From IMG/VR virus record IMGVR_UViG_3300034082_001032: a DNA stretch of 64,000 nt; one strand, given 5' to 3'. Position 1 is the stretch's first letter; every line of letters starts with the position of its first letter. A program made the position numbers and the translations under genes. This stretch comes from a virus. Taxonomy: Duplodnaviria; Heunggongvirae; Uroviricota; Caudoviricetes; Crassvirales. Under the pieces are notes generated by a model, which had not been told where the DNA came from, did not search any database, and worked only from the letters and a program-made list of their open reading frames with translations. Shown here piece by piece: positions 1 to 10,600 of this stretch.

Positions 1-317
1 ACATGAAACTTCTCTCTTCCTCTTTCTCCTTCATATGTTAAATATATCCAACACACATCTTCTGTGAGACTGTTGAGATAGTCTCGAGCTTCTTTATATG
101 GATATACAAGAGATAGAGTGATGTTATTACCATGACTATGTAGGTAGTGAGCAATATCACTAGCTCTGTTCAAGTTTCTAATACGTCCTTCTCTGCTATA
201 GTCCTTGTTAGCAAATAACTCTCTGAGCTTGTCCCCATCTATATTTTTATAAGAAGGAAACTGGTTTGCTATTGTTGACTTACCACTATGTGGTTGTCCA
301 AAGAGTGCAATAATCAT
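1..317 (-). CDS. Adenylyl-sulfate (APS) kinase-like protein, N-terminal part; 3' end runs off the window
   Basis: Manual translation from ATG at 317..315 gives MIIALFGQPHSGKSTIANQF... (P-loop GxxxxGKST). It is followed by 'IDGDKLRELFANKDYSREGRIRNLNRASDIAHYL', which resembles the CysC 'LDGDNVRHGL..DRxENIRRxxEVA' region. The ATG overlaps the TGA of the upstream ORF (ATGA), suggesting translational coupling. Confidence 0.55.
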   Translation of the reverse strand, partial: MIIALFGQPHSGKSTIANQFPSYKNIDGDKLRELFANKDYSREGRIRNLNRASDIAHYLHSHGNNITLSLVYPYKEARDYLNSLTEDVCWIYLTYEGERGREKFH

Positions 318-1261
318 ATAGTTTTCAATATGTTATTAATGTCAAACATTTCCTCTATACTGTTGTAAGGACATTCGTGAACAGTTCCTTCAAAGGAATA
401 ATCAAAGATGTAGCTATCTATAAGCTTTGTAGTGCCAGGAGGATCTTTAGCGACAATATTATTGTGCATCTTATATCCAAAGTTGACAGGAGATGTTCCT
501 ACCCATAACACTGTAGAAGAAAGTCCCATTCCTGCTGCAGCATGTTGTAAGAAAGAATCTATTAACACACGTTTTTGAGATGTGGCAAGGATGGAGAACA
601 TTTCAAAGTTGGACATTTGTTGTGTTACATGTTCTACATTAGGAATCAGATTGGTGTTTGGTCTAGTCACCTGTATAATGTGATGAGTGTTACTATAACG
701 CTCAGCAATAGCCACAGCTACTTCATAAGGCATGTCTCTAGTCCAAGCATAAGAGAATGTACTATTAAATGAACCTCCATTAGTTTGTATTACCATTACA
801 GGTTTTTCTCTTTGCCAGTTGTATTGCAACATCTTCTGTACAGCATTGGGATGAAGCTGAGGAAGCTGTTCTTTATAAGAAACATCAAGCAGGTCACACC
901 AGTTGTGTATCAGATGCTTCTTACGCATGATGTGGTCACTTTGGAAATAAGGCTCATGACGAAATACAATAGTGTCCCTATCCTTTATATAATCATCATA
1001 GAAGTAAGAAGTGGAACCCACTCTATACACCCTGTGTATGTTAGGGTTGTTTAGGAATATCTCTGGATAGGATACCACCATAATGAGTTTTCTATCAGCA
1101 TAGCGTTCTTTCACATCCTTTATAAGAGATGTTGCTGCTATGTTCTTTCCTAACCCACCTTCGATGTGCCATACAACATACTTATTACTATCTACAGAAC
1201 GGTCTTCTAACACTGTTAGTTTTTCTTCTGCTTCTGCTTCTGTTTTATATCCTACGTTCAT
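314..1261 (-). CDS. Glycosyltransferase family 9-like (heptosyltransferase fold)
   Basis: 315-aa ORF. N-terminal 'HIEGGLGKNIAATSLIKDVKERY' matches the GT9 'GGIGDxxxxxP' loop. C-terminal 'IDSFLQHAAAGMGLSSTVLWVGTSP' matches the GT9 signature 'DTGxMHLAAAxGxPxVxLFGPT'. Confidence 0.6.
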   Translation of the reverse strand: MNVGYKTEAEAEEKLTVLEDRSVDSNKYVVWHIEGGLGKNIAATSLIKDVKERYADRKLIMVVSYPEIFLNNPNIHRVYRVGSTSYFYDDYIKDRDTIVFRHEPYFQSDHIMRKKHLIHNWCDLLDVSYKEQLPQLHPNAVQKMLQYNWQREKPVMVIQTNGGSFNSTFSYAWTRDMPYEVAVAIAERYSNTHHIIQVTRPNTNLIPNVEHVTQQMSNFEMFSILATSQKRVLIDSFLQHAAAGMGLSSTVLWVGTSPVNFGYKMHNNIVAKDPPGTTKLIDSYIFDYSFEGTVHECPYNSIEEMFDINNILKTI

Positions 1262-1264
1262 TGG

Positions 1265-2086
1265 TTATATTTTATATCCAAAATCATTAAAGAACCATCT
1301 ATAACTGTCCTCTATTATCTTACAAGCATTAGGTCCTAACACTTCACGATAATCATCCTTTACAGGTTTGAGTTCACCACGAATGACATGATCTCCAAAT
1401 ATTCCATACCACTTATCATCTTCTGTGGAGTATTGTTGAATATTTTTGAAGTCATGTTGGAAGAACGGAATCTCTAGATAGTCATAGATGCGCTTTAGTT
1501 GCGCATTAGGATCTATACACAGTTCTTCAAATTTAATAAATAGGATGTGTTGATGTGTACCAGCTACGAGTGTCTGGTATAATCGGTCCAGAGCTGGACC
1601 AATAGGAGGATTGTTGGACCACACCACCATACGCTTATCTGTGGTGGTACCTGTTAGGTTTCCCCAGTTAGCAATGTTTGTGTCCACCAAAGGGTTCTGT
1701 CTATACTTCTTCTCTAGAGAAGAATATATAGCACGGATGTCCCTAATCATGCAAATAATCTTGGGGTTGGGATCAAAGGCATGAAGAAAATCACGCTCCA
1801 TTGCCCAACCCCTAGATTTTTCCATAACATACGGACGTTCTGTTATAGCATTATAGAATCCATAGAGTCCATCTTTCAACATTCCCTTAAACCCTGCTTC
1901 CATGAGTTGTTGATCCTGTGCCTTAAACTCTAATCCGTTAGAGAAATAGTTACGGGCATTTGTGTACATCTCAAAGATGCCAGATGTAGGAGTGGAATGA
2001 ATCTCTGGATTCTGTGCTAGAATGTTTTGAATAAGGGTACTTCCAGCTCTTGGGAGAGAGCTGTTGTAGAATATCTTCTTGACCAT
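1265..2086 (-). CDS. Sulfotransferase (PAPS-dependent, Sulfotransfer_3/Stf0-like)
   Basis: 273-aa ORF. N-terminal 'SSLPRAGSTLIQNIL' matches the 5'-phosphosulfate-binding loop (PRSGST). 'CMIRDIRAIYSSLEKKY' matches the 3'-phosphate-binding RDxR...S motif. It overlaps the next ORF by 8 nt. Confidence 0.65.
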   Translation of the reverse strand: MVKKIFYNSSLPRAGSTLIQNILAQNPEIHSTPTSGIFEMYTNARNYFSNGLEFKAQDQQLMEAGFKGMLKDGLYGFYNAITERPYVMEKSRGWAMERDFLHAFDPNPKIICMIRDIRAIYSSLEKKYRQNPLVDTNIANWGNLTGTTTDKRMVVWSNNPPIGPALDRLYQTLVAGTHQHILFIKFEELCIDPNAQLKRIYDYLEIPFFQHDFKNIQQYSTEDDKWYGIFGDHVIRGELKPVKDDYREVLGPNACKIIEDSYRWFFNDFGYKI

Positions 2087-2111
2087 TATGTTTGTTGGTT
2101 TTAATGTTCAA

Positions 2112-2462
2112 TTAGAATGGATTGAAGTCCTTTGGATTTCCTTCAATAAACTCAACAGCTTCTGTTCCTACTTGCTCACAAATAGTGCCAAGAATTACAG
2201 TGTCATCAATACCCCACTCTTGAATGTAAGGAGCACCCAAGTTGAGGCTACCGCCCAACAGACGTTTGAAGGTTTCCATGTTTCCTTCAGCATCAAATGT
2301 AGCAGTACCATAGATGAGACTAAAGCTCACTTCTTCAGCACCTAAGCGATAAGGAGATGCTACCGCTGTTAGATAGTCAGCTGTTTTAACATCATAGGCA
2401 AAAGGAGATTCCATTTCAGGAATTTCAGCAACGGGATTGATCTTTGCAAAAAGCATTTTCAT
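2112..2462 (-). CDS. Hypothetical protein (116 aa), possibly a small sugar-modifying accessory enzyme
   Basis: Intact ORF with the same orientation and packing as the flanking glycan-modification genes. No motif recognised with confidence. Confidence 0.35.
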   Translation of the reverse strand: MKMLFAKINPVAEIPEMESPFAYDVKTADYLTAVASPYRLGAEEVSFSLIYGTATFDAEGNMETFKRLLGGSLNLGAPYIQEWGIDDTVILGTICEQVGTEAVEFIEGNPKDFNPF

Positions 2463-2468
2463 AGCTAA

Positions 2469-3068
2469 TTATTGTTTTAAGTTTTTAAATAATAAGTCCA
2501 ATTGGAAGATGATGCCGTTAGAACAATGGTAGTCAACAATATCTACAATATAAAACCCAAGGTCTATCATCTTGTTCACCACAGCATCCATGAGAGGTGC
2601 TCCCTGATTGTATTCAAGTAAGGACACCTCCATCATTACAAAGGTAGTATTTTTTATTGTATTCTCACCACCTCTAATTATGTCTAACTCAGAACCTTGT
2701 ACATCTAGTTTAATGAAATCTATAGGAGCTCCATCAAAGTAGTTGCAATCATCTAGGCGCTTTGTAATCACTGTCTGTGTTTTACCCTCTGTGTACCAAT
2801 TGGTGTTCTCCTTATACAAGGAACTTCCTGTACCAATTGGATTTACATCCTCTATATGTAACTCAGCTGTTCCATTTTTATCAGACAGAGCTACAATTTC
2901 GTAGGGCTTACCCAGCAGTCTTAGATAGGGCTCACAGTTTTTGTTAGCCTCTATCATAACTATTTGACACTCAGGGAATTTATAGTAGAGTTCTTTAGTA
3001 AAAGAACCTACATGTGCCCCTATGTCTAAAGCTCTTTTGGGGTCAATGTGTCTAAATAGTTTGTCCAT
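2469..3068 (-). CDS. FkbM-family SAM-dependent methyltransferase
   Basis: 'RALDIGAHVGSFT' (SAM-binding GxGxG-like) and 'IDFIKLDVQGSELDII' are characteristic of FkbM-domain O-methyltransferases (Methyltransf_21). Confidence 0.65.
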   Translation of the reverse strand: MDKLFRHIDPKRALDIGAHVGSFTKELYYKFPECQIVMIEANKNCEPYLRLLGKPYEIVALSDKNGTAELHIEDVNPIGTGSSLYKENTNWYTEGKTQTVITKRLDDCNYFDGAPIDFIKLDVQGSELDIIRGGENTIKNTTFVMMEVSLLEYNQGAPLMDAVVNKMIDLGFYIVDIVDYHCSNGIIFQLDLLFKNLKQ

Positions 3069-3937
3069 TGGTTTATTCTATTGTCCCAGCTCCACTTAGG
3101 AGCATATGTCTTCACTTGTTCTTCAAGGTGCATTCCGTTTCTCACAGCTTCTATTTCTTTCTTAAGAATGGAAGCAAACACCTCAGCATGTTTATCCTTA
3201 TCCATCAGATAGGGATAGATAGTTGCCCATCCTTCTGTAGTTTCAGGCAGTGCTCCTATGTTACTTGTTACCACCCTTAGACCAGCTGACAGAGCTTCTA
3301 TCACAGCTATACAAGAGGTTTCCTCAAATGTACAGGGATAGGCTAAAATGTCAAAGCTGGAAAGTTCCTTCCTCAGCTCCTCGTTAGGAATAGATCCTCT
3401 GTATACAATTCCTTCTGTGTTTAGACAGGCGTTATATAAGTCTGTATATTTAGGATCTTCTGTAGAAGCAAAGTCTTCTCCATATATTTTACAGCTAGAG
3501 AAAACATGTAGTTCACAGTTTTTAAGCTTAAGTATATCCCATGCCTTTAGAAGAACATCAAGTCCTCTGAAGGGTGTGGACGTATAACAAAGCTTCACTA
3601 TATCTCTTTCTCCTGGTTTACGTGGTTCTACACCAACACAAGCGTTCTTTATAACAGAAGTTTTGTATCCAGGAATGTTGAATAGTTTCCTATAATATTC
3701 TGATTGCCAGTGACTTACAAAAACAAACTGATCAATTGCTTCAACGTTCTTAGGATCTGTCAACCATTGTACAGCCTGTTGGTCATAGCTCAACTGGTTC
3801 CAATAGATGGTAGGTTTTTCAAAGTCAGCATCTCCTATGTAGTTGAATATAGACCATTTGTCTTTATATTCTTCAGGCAGTCTTCTCATGAGTTCATTAT
3901 ACATAAGCTCTGTACCGCCCATTGGTTTATCAAACAT
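3026..3937 (-). CDS. Glycosyltransferase, GT-B fold (GT4 / Glycos_transf_1 family)
   Basis: C-terminal 'YPCTFEETSCIAVIEALSAGLRVVTSNIGALPE' is the classic E-x7-E retaining GT4 motif. Confidence 0.7.
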   Translation of the reverse strand: MFDKPMGGTELMYNELMRRLPEEYKDKWSIFNYIGDADFEKPTIYWNQLSYDQQAVQWLTDPKNVEAIDQFVFVSHWQSEYYRKLFNIPGYKTSVIKNACVGVEPRKPGERDIVKLCYTSTPFRGLDVLLKAWDILKLKNCELHVFSSCKIYGEDFASTEDPKYTDLYNACLNTEGIVYRGSIPNEELRKELSSFDILAYPCTFEETSCIAVIEALSAGLRVVTSNIGALPETTEGWATIYPYLMDKDKHAEVFASILKKEIEAVRNGMHLEEQVKTYAPKWSWDNRINQWTNYLDTLTPKEL

Positions 3938-4595
3938 ATCCGTGTTTTGTTATAAAGGTATTAAAATCACCCTTGAATTTCTTTGTTCCTATGTGGTTGA
4001 GTGTAATGGTTGGATCTAACCACACCTTATATCCTAAGGATTTCCACTTGTTACAAAGGATGTAGTCTTCAGATATAAGATCACCATTCTCCACCTTTAT
4101 GTCACACACCATTCTATGCTTTTCACCTTCACTCATATACTCATCACTTATATCCCAAAGCTTCTCCAATGCAAATCTACTTATTTTGAGGAAGCCAGTA
4201 CCTACACCATCCACTTCTATAAGCTTTTCATCCTTAGACTTCTTAAGAGTTTTGTCCATCAACTTCACTGTATACCCCTCATTCTTATCACTCTTTTTTA
4301 CAAGAGCCCCACCTATAAATGGTTCTGGTCTATCCAAAAGCCTGAAAAACCATTCTGGTTCCCATTCAGCATCAGAATCTATAAAGAACAGATCGTCATA
4401 CCCTCCCTCCATAGCAAGTCTAAATAGACTGTTTCTAGCTCTTTGGATGAGACTGTCATAGCTTGTATAGATGGCGTGGACAAATATTTCCTTTTCATAA
4501 GCCAGTTTAACCGTACCCAAGAGCGAGTTTGCAAACCAAACATCTATCCTTCCATCATATGAGGGTGTACCTATGAGCACTCTACGCATAGGCAA
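3930..4595 (-). CDS. GT-A fold glycosyltransferase (DxD type)
   Basis: 'VLIGTPSYDGR' at the N-terminus, a 'FFIDSDAEW' DxD motif and 'EDYILCNKWKSLGYKVWLDP' resemble GT2/GT25-like GT-A enzymes. It overlaps the upstream GT4 start by 8 nt. Confidence 0.5.
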   Translation of the reverse strand: MPMRRVLIGTPSYDGRIDVWFANSLLGTVKLAYEKEIFVHAIYTSYDSLIQRARNSLFRLAMEGGYDDLFFIDSDAEWEPEWFFRLLDRPEPFIGGALVKKSDKNEGYTVKLMDKTLKKSKDEKLIEVDGVGTGFLKISRFALEKLWDISDEYMSEGEKHRMVCDIKVENGDLISEDYILCNKWKSLGYKVWLDPTITLNHIGTKKFKGDFNTFITKHGYV

Positions 4596-4607
4596 ATATA
4601 TGTAGTT

Positions 4608-7600
4608 TTATTTATTTCCACAACTTTTTTCTAGATTTTCCACTCTTCCATCTAGCTCTTGTATAGCTTTGATAATTGGTGCTATGAGTTCTTCATATGT
4701 TACACGATAGGCATCTTTATCTTCATCATGTCCCAGAGCATCAAACTTTACTCCTAGCTCATCTATAGCAGCTTTCACATCCTGAGCTATCACTCCATAA
4801 TGTTCTCTTACACCAGACAGCGTACCATCTTTTGTTCCATACTCAAACCCACACTCCTTAACATAGTTATCACGGTTGTCCCAATTGTAGGTTACAGGCT
4901 TAATCTTCTTAATGAAGTTGAGACCTAAACCATCTGGAAGAGGTTTAATATTTGTCTTATCACGACAGTCTGACACTACAGACCAAGCTGCATATACGCA
5001 GTTGCAAACGTTGTTGTTTGCGTTACCCCATACGGTGTGATTATCTATTGCAGAAGTTGTAGCGTTGTCTCCTATAACAATATTATTATCTGTACCAGCA
5101 TAAAAGTTAGCAGCAGAACTATTACCAATTGCAATATTATACTTACCGTTGCTATTAAATTGCATTGCAAACTGCCCAACGGCAATATTTGCTCTACCTA
5201 CATCATTAGAATTTAAAGCTCTATCTCCAACAGCTGTATTCCAAAGACCAGTAGTGTTGAGATTTAAAGCGCCTTTACCTACTGCAGTATTTCCTGCACC
5301 TGTTGTATTACAGCGTAATGCACAGAATCCCATTGCTGTGTTGCCGTAACCAATAGTGTTACAGGAGAGCGCTAGGTTTCCAGTAGCGGTGTTTTGATAT
5401 CCAGTAGTATTAGCTTTTAATGCGCAAAATCCTACTGCTGTATTATCGGATGCTGTATTTGCTTGTAGAGAATAAAACCCTACAGCAGTATTACCGCCTC
5501 CAGTAACGTTTTGTTGTAGTGATGAATATCCAACAGCAGTGTTATTTATTCCTGTTGTATTAGTAAATAGAGCTGTTCTACCAAATGCAGAGTTTCCTGT
5601 GCCTGATGTGTTTGAATATAATGTTCTGTCACCTACTGCTGTTAAATACCTGCCTGTATTTACTCTTAAAGCGCTTCTACCTATTGCTACGTTATTACAG
5701 CCTGTTGTGTTACATCTAAGAGCTTCAACACCTATAGATATATTATTGACTGCAGTTGTATTTTTTTCTGAAGCAAGTCTACCAATAGCTATATTGAGAG
5801 TTCCTGTAGTGTTACTTGCTAATGCTAAAGAACCAATAGCAGTATTGTCACTTCCTATTGTATTTGCTTCTAATGCACAGACTCCTACTGCTACGTTGTC
5901 TATACCAGTAGTAGTACTTCTTAATGCACAAAAACCAACTGCTGTGTTGTTTGAGGCTGTGTTTGAATAGAGGGCTTGAAGACCTACTGCTGTATTATTA
6001 CTACCTACAGTATTAGAATTTAAGGCATTTACACCTACAGCAGTATTACAAACACCTGTTGTGTTACTAAACAATGCATTAACACCTAATCCTGTGTTTT
6101 GGTTTCCTATTGTATTGCAAACTAATGCTCTACAGCCCAACGCTGTATTGTATGCACCAGTAGTATTACTTCTTAATGAGCAGAAACCTACTGCTGTATT
6201 GTTTGATGCTGTGTTACATCTTAACGAGTCAACACCTATAGCAGTATTAGAAGTACCAACAGTATTAGCAAACAAACTAGCAACACCCACCGCGGTATTA
6301 TTAGCACCTGTGGTATTATAAAGTAATGAGTATCTGTTTATTGCTGTGTTATTACCGCCTGAAGTGTTATTAACTAATGAGCAAAAACCTATAGAGACAT
6401 TTGAACCACCAATTGTATTAGATAATAAAGCATTACCTCCTATTGCTACATTACTAGTACCAGTAGTATTACTTCTTAATGCACAGAACCCGACTGCTGT
6501 GTTGTTTGATGCTAAATTACATTCAAGAGCTCTTGTTCCAAGAGCAGTATTACACGCTCCAACTAAGTTTTGTGTAAGTGCTTCTCTACCAATTGCTACG
6601 TTGTTAACACCTGTAGTATTTTTATACAGTGCTGTTTGACCCATAGCGGTGTTATTAGCACCTACTGTGTTATTTGCTAATGCTGAATTACCAAAAGCAT
6701 TGTTGTTGTATCCTGTTGTATTATTGAAAAGAGCTCCATGACCAAACGCTGCATTATTTATACCTACTGTATTAGAAAATAATGCTTGTAAACCAACAGC
6801 CGTGTTTGAAGTACCTGTTGTATTACTCCTTAAAGCTTGTAAACCAACTGCTGTGTTATTTGATGCTGTATTGCAAAGTAATGCACTTCTGCCTAAGGCT
6901 GTATTGTTAAGACCTACAGTATTAGAATATAAAGCATCTACACCTACAGCTGTATTAGCGGCACCTGTCGTATTATTTTTAAGTGAGCTTACACCAATAG
7001 TAACGTTATATGCACCTGTTGTATTACTTCTTAATGCACAAAAACCGACTGCTGTATTGGCTGATGCTGTGTTGCAATAAAGTGATTGATGGCCAATAGC
7101 AGTATTGTTAACACCTGCTGTATTGCATAATAACGATTGTAAACCTATAGCAGTATTGCATGTTCCTGACAAGTTATATTGTAATGCACCTCCGCCCACT
7201 GCAATATTTCCTACACCTATTGTATTTTTTGTTAATGCTCTTACACCCACTGCTGTATTACTAATACCAGTAGTGTTACATGCTAAAGTAAAATATCCGA
7301 CAGCAGTGTTATATGATGCTGTATTTTTATACAACGAACCCTGACCAATAGCTGTATTACGATTTCCTATTAAATTATTCTGTAAAGCATTAGCACCGAT
7401 TGCTATATTTCGTTCACCAGATGTGTTTGAAGATAATGCATCGGTACCTATAGCTGTATTAACTGTACCAGTTGTATTACTTCTTAATGCACAGAACCCG
7501 ACTGCTGTGTTGTTTGAGGCTGTGTTGGCAAACAAAGCGTTTCTACCAAGAGCAGTGTTATTAGTACCTACAACGTTAGTGTATAAGGCAAGTGTACCGA

Positions 7601-10600
7601 CTGCTGTGTTATTAGTTCCAGTCGTATTATTTTCTAGTGCACTTGTTCCTATCGCAACGTTAGCACAGGCAGTAGTGTTTTTTCTTAATGCATAAGGACC
7701 TAAAGCTATGTTACTGTTTCCTGTGGTATTACTTCTTAACGCACAGAATCCAACTGCTGTATTGTTTGATGCTGTGTTTTGACGAAGGGCAAAGAAACCC
7801 ATCGCTACATTACTGTTTCCTGTTGTATTATACCTAAGTGCTGAAGATCCAACTACAGTGTTGTAACATCCTGTTGTGTTACAGCAGGAAGAAAGTGTAC
7901 CTATAGACGTGTTATCAAGTCCTCTTGTGTTACATTGTAGTGTTCTGTACCCAACAGCTGTATTACTATATCCTGTGGTATTACTAAGAAGTGTATTAAA
8001 TCCAACTGCTGTATTAAATACTCCTGTTGTATTATTTCTTAATGCGCTAGCACCTACTGCTGTGTTGGATGATGCTGTATTTAAACAAAGTGCATGTACA
8101 CCTAATGCTATGTTATTACCTCCTACAGTATTACATCGTAGTGCGTTTACTCCTACTGCTAAGTTACAATTACCGGTTGTATTACCTATAAGTGCATAAA
8201 ATCCTAATGCTGAGTTGTAGGTGCCTATAGTATTAGAAGCTAGAGAACTTCTTCCTATAGCTGTGTTATAAGTACCAGTAGTATTGCTTCTTAATGCACA
8301 GAATCCGACTGCTGTGTTGTTTGAGGCTGTGTTACAGTATAAAGCATTAATTCCAATAGCTAAATTGCAATTACCAGTTGTATTACAAAACAAAGCGTTT
8401 AATCCAACTGCTATATTATTTGTACCTACTGTATTATACCTTAATGTACTGGCACCTATTGCGGTATTCGTTGCACCTGATGTATTATTAAGTAAAGATA
8501 AACCTCCTATTGCTACGTTACTAGCACCTACTGTATTGTTTGATAAAGTTAGCCTACCTACTGCTGTGTTGTCTGTACCAGTAGTATTATTTCTTAACGC
8601 ACTAAATCCTAATGCTGTGTTATTTGATGCTGTGTTTAAGTTTAATGCTTCTCTACCAACAGCTGTATTGCTGTTTCCAACAGTATTACATATTAAAGCA
8701 CCTTGACCAACAGCAGTATTTGAAATACCGGTTGTATTTTTATAAAGAGATTGATGACCTACAGCTGTATTACCTGTTCCTGAAGTATTGGCTCTTAGGG
8801 CTTGGGAACCCATAGCTGTGTTAAAAGTACCTATATTGTTATTTCTTAAAGCATATAATCCAACAGCTGTGTTTTGTACTCCTGTAGAATTGTATTGTAG
8901 AGCATTAGTTCCTACTATTGTGTTAGAAGCAATACTTCCACCACCCTTACCAACATCAACACCACTGCCACCAACTAGGTTGACACATAGGTCACCGTTA
9001 GTCTTTTGACATGTTTTACTATCGCCAATTGTTGTAGATGATGTAAACTTCACTATATATTCTGGCGTACCAGCTACAGCTACAGATGTACCACTTGAAC
9101 CTGCTGTTCCTGAAGAGCCACTAGTTCCTGTTGTTCCAGAGGTTCCAGATGTGGCACTGCTTCCGCTTGTTCCACTAGTTCCTCCTGAGCCATTAGTGCC
9201 TGAAGTGCCTGCAGTTCCGCTAGTTCCACTGCTTCCTGCTGTTCCTGAGCTACCAGCAGTGCCAGAAGATCCAGAAGTTCCTGATGTACCACCAGTACCG
9301 TTTGTTCCACTTGTACCACTAGATCCAGACAATCCGCTAGTTCCAGAAGTACCTGTTGTACCGCTTGTACCTGTAGTGCCAGATGTACCACTAGTTCCTG
9401 TAGTGCCGCTAGAGCCTGATGTACCAGATGTACCTGGACTACCTGCTGTACCAGCTGTACCAGATGATCCTGAGCTACCAGAGCTTCCACTAGATCCACT
9501 TGATCCAGCACTACCGTTTGTACCAGATGTGCCAGATGTACCAGAGGTGGCAGAAGATCCACTAGAACCGCTTGATCCTGATGTGGCTGATGTTCCACTT
9601 GAACCAGATGTACCTGTGGTACCACTTGTACCAGATGTTCCACCTGTTCCATTGGTGCCACTTGTACCTGAGCTTCCAGAGGTTGCACTTGTACCGCTTG
9701 TACCAGAAGAACCTGCTGTTCCAGATGTGCCTGTAGTTCCACTGGTTCCGCTTGTTCCTCCAGACCCATTAGTTCCTGAAGTGCCTGAAGAGCCAGAGGT
9801 ACCACTAGTTCCTGTGGTGCCCGAAGTACCCGTAGTTCCAGATGTTCCACTAGTAGCGCTGGTTCCAGATGTACCAGGACTGCCAGATGTACCAGATGTA
9901 CCTGTAGTTCCTGAAGACCCACTTGATCCTGAGGTACCTGTAGTGCCCGAAGTGCCTGCTGTTGCAGACGTACCACTTGTACCTGATGATCCACTTGAAC
10001 CATCTCCCCCTGTAGCACCATCAAGGTTTACTTGCCATGTGCTATATGTACCAGACCCTGTAAGCCTAAATACAATAAAGCTCAATGAGCCAGTTGCTGG
10101 GTTATAAGATGTAACCTCAGCTTCTACGTGATTGTTAGCATCGTAGGCAACAATAATAGACTGAGCAATTGTATATGCTAATCCTGTTCCCACTGTAATA
10201 GTTCCCGTTGTACCTACAGCTCCTAATGTATATGTTGATGTTGATGTTGTGGCAAATCTATCACCACTCAAACCTGAAGATCCAGATGTACCTGTTGTTC
10301 CTGCTGTACCAGAAGTACCTGATGTAGCACTTGTTCCACTAGTTCCGCTAGTTGCACTTGTTCCTGAAGTGCCCCCAGATCCATTTGTGCCACTAGTACC
10401 ACTCGTTCCTGATGTGCCTGTGGTACCACTAGTTCCTCCAGTACCATTAGTTCCACTTGTTCCGCTGGTTGCAGATGTTCCAGAAGTTCCACTAGACCCT
10501 GACGTTCCACTAGTACCAGTTGTTCCTGATGTTCCAGCGGTACCAGAAGTCCCTGTAGTTCCACTACTTCCTGATGTTCCACTAGTTCCACTACTACCAG

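Noticed and set aside
2079-2345. Plus-strand ORF 2079..2345 and others (575..772, 785..1054, 3068..3280, 4099..4461) inside the glycan-cluster genes
   Set aside because: Each is fully embedded antisense in a longer minus-strand ORF with clear enzyme motifs, and their translations are low-complexity.
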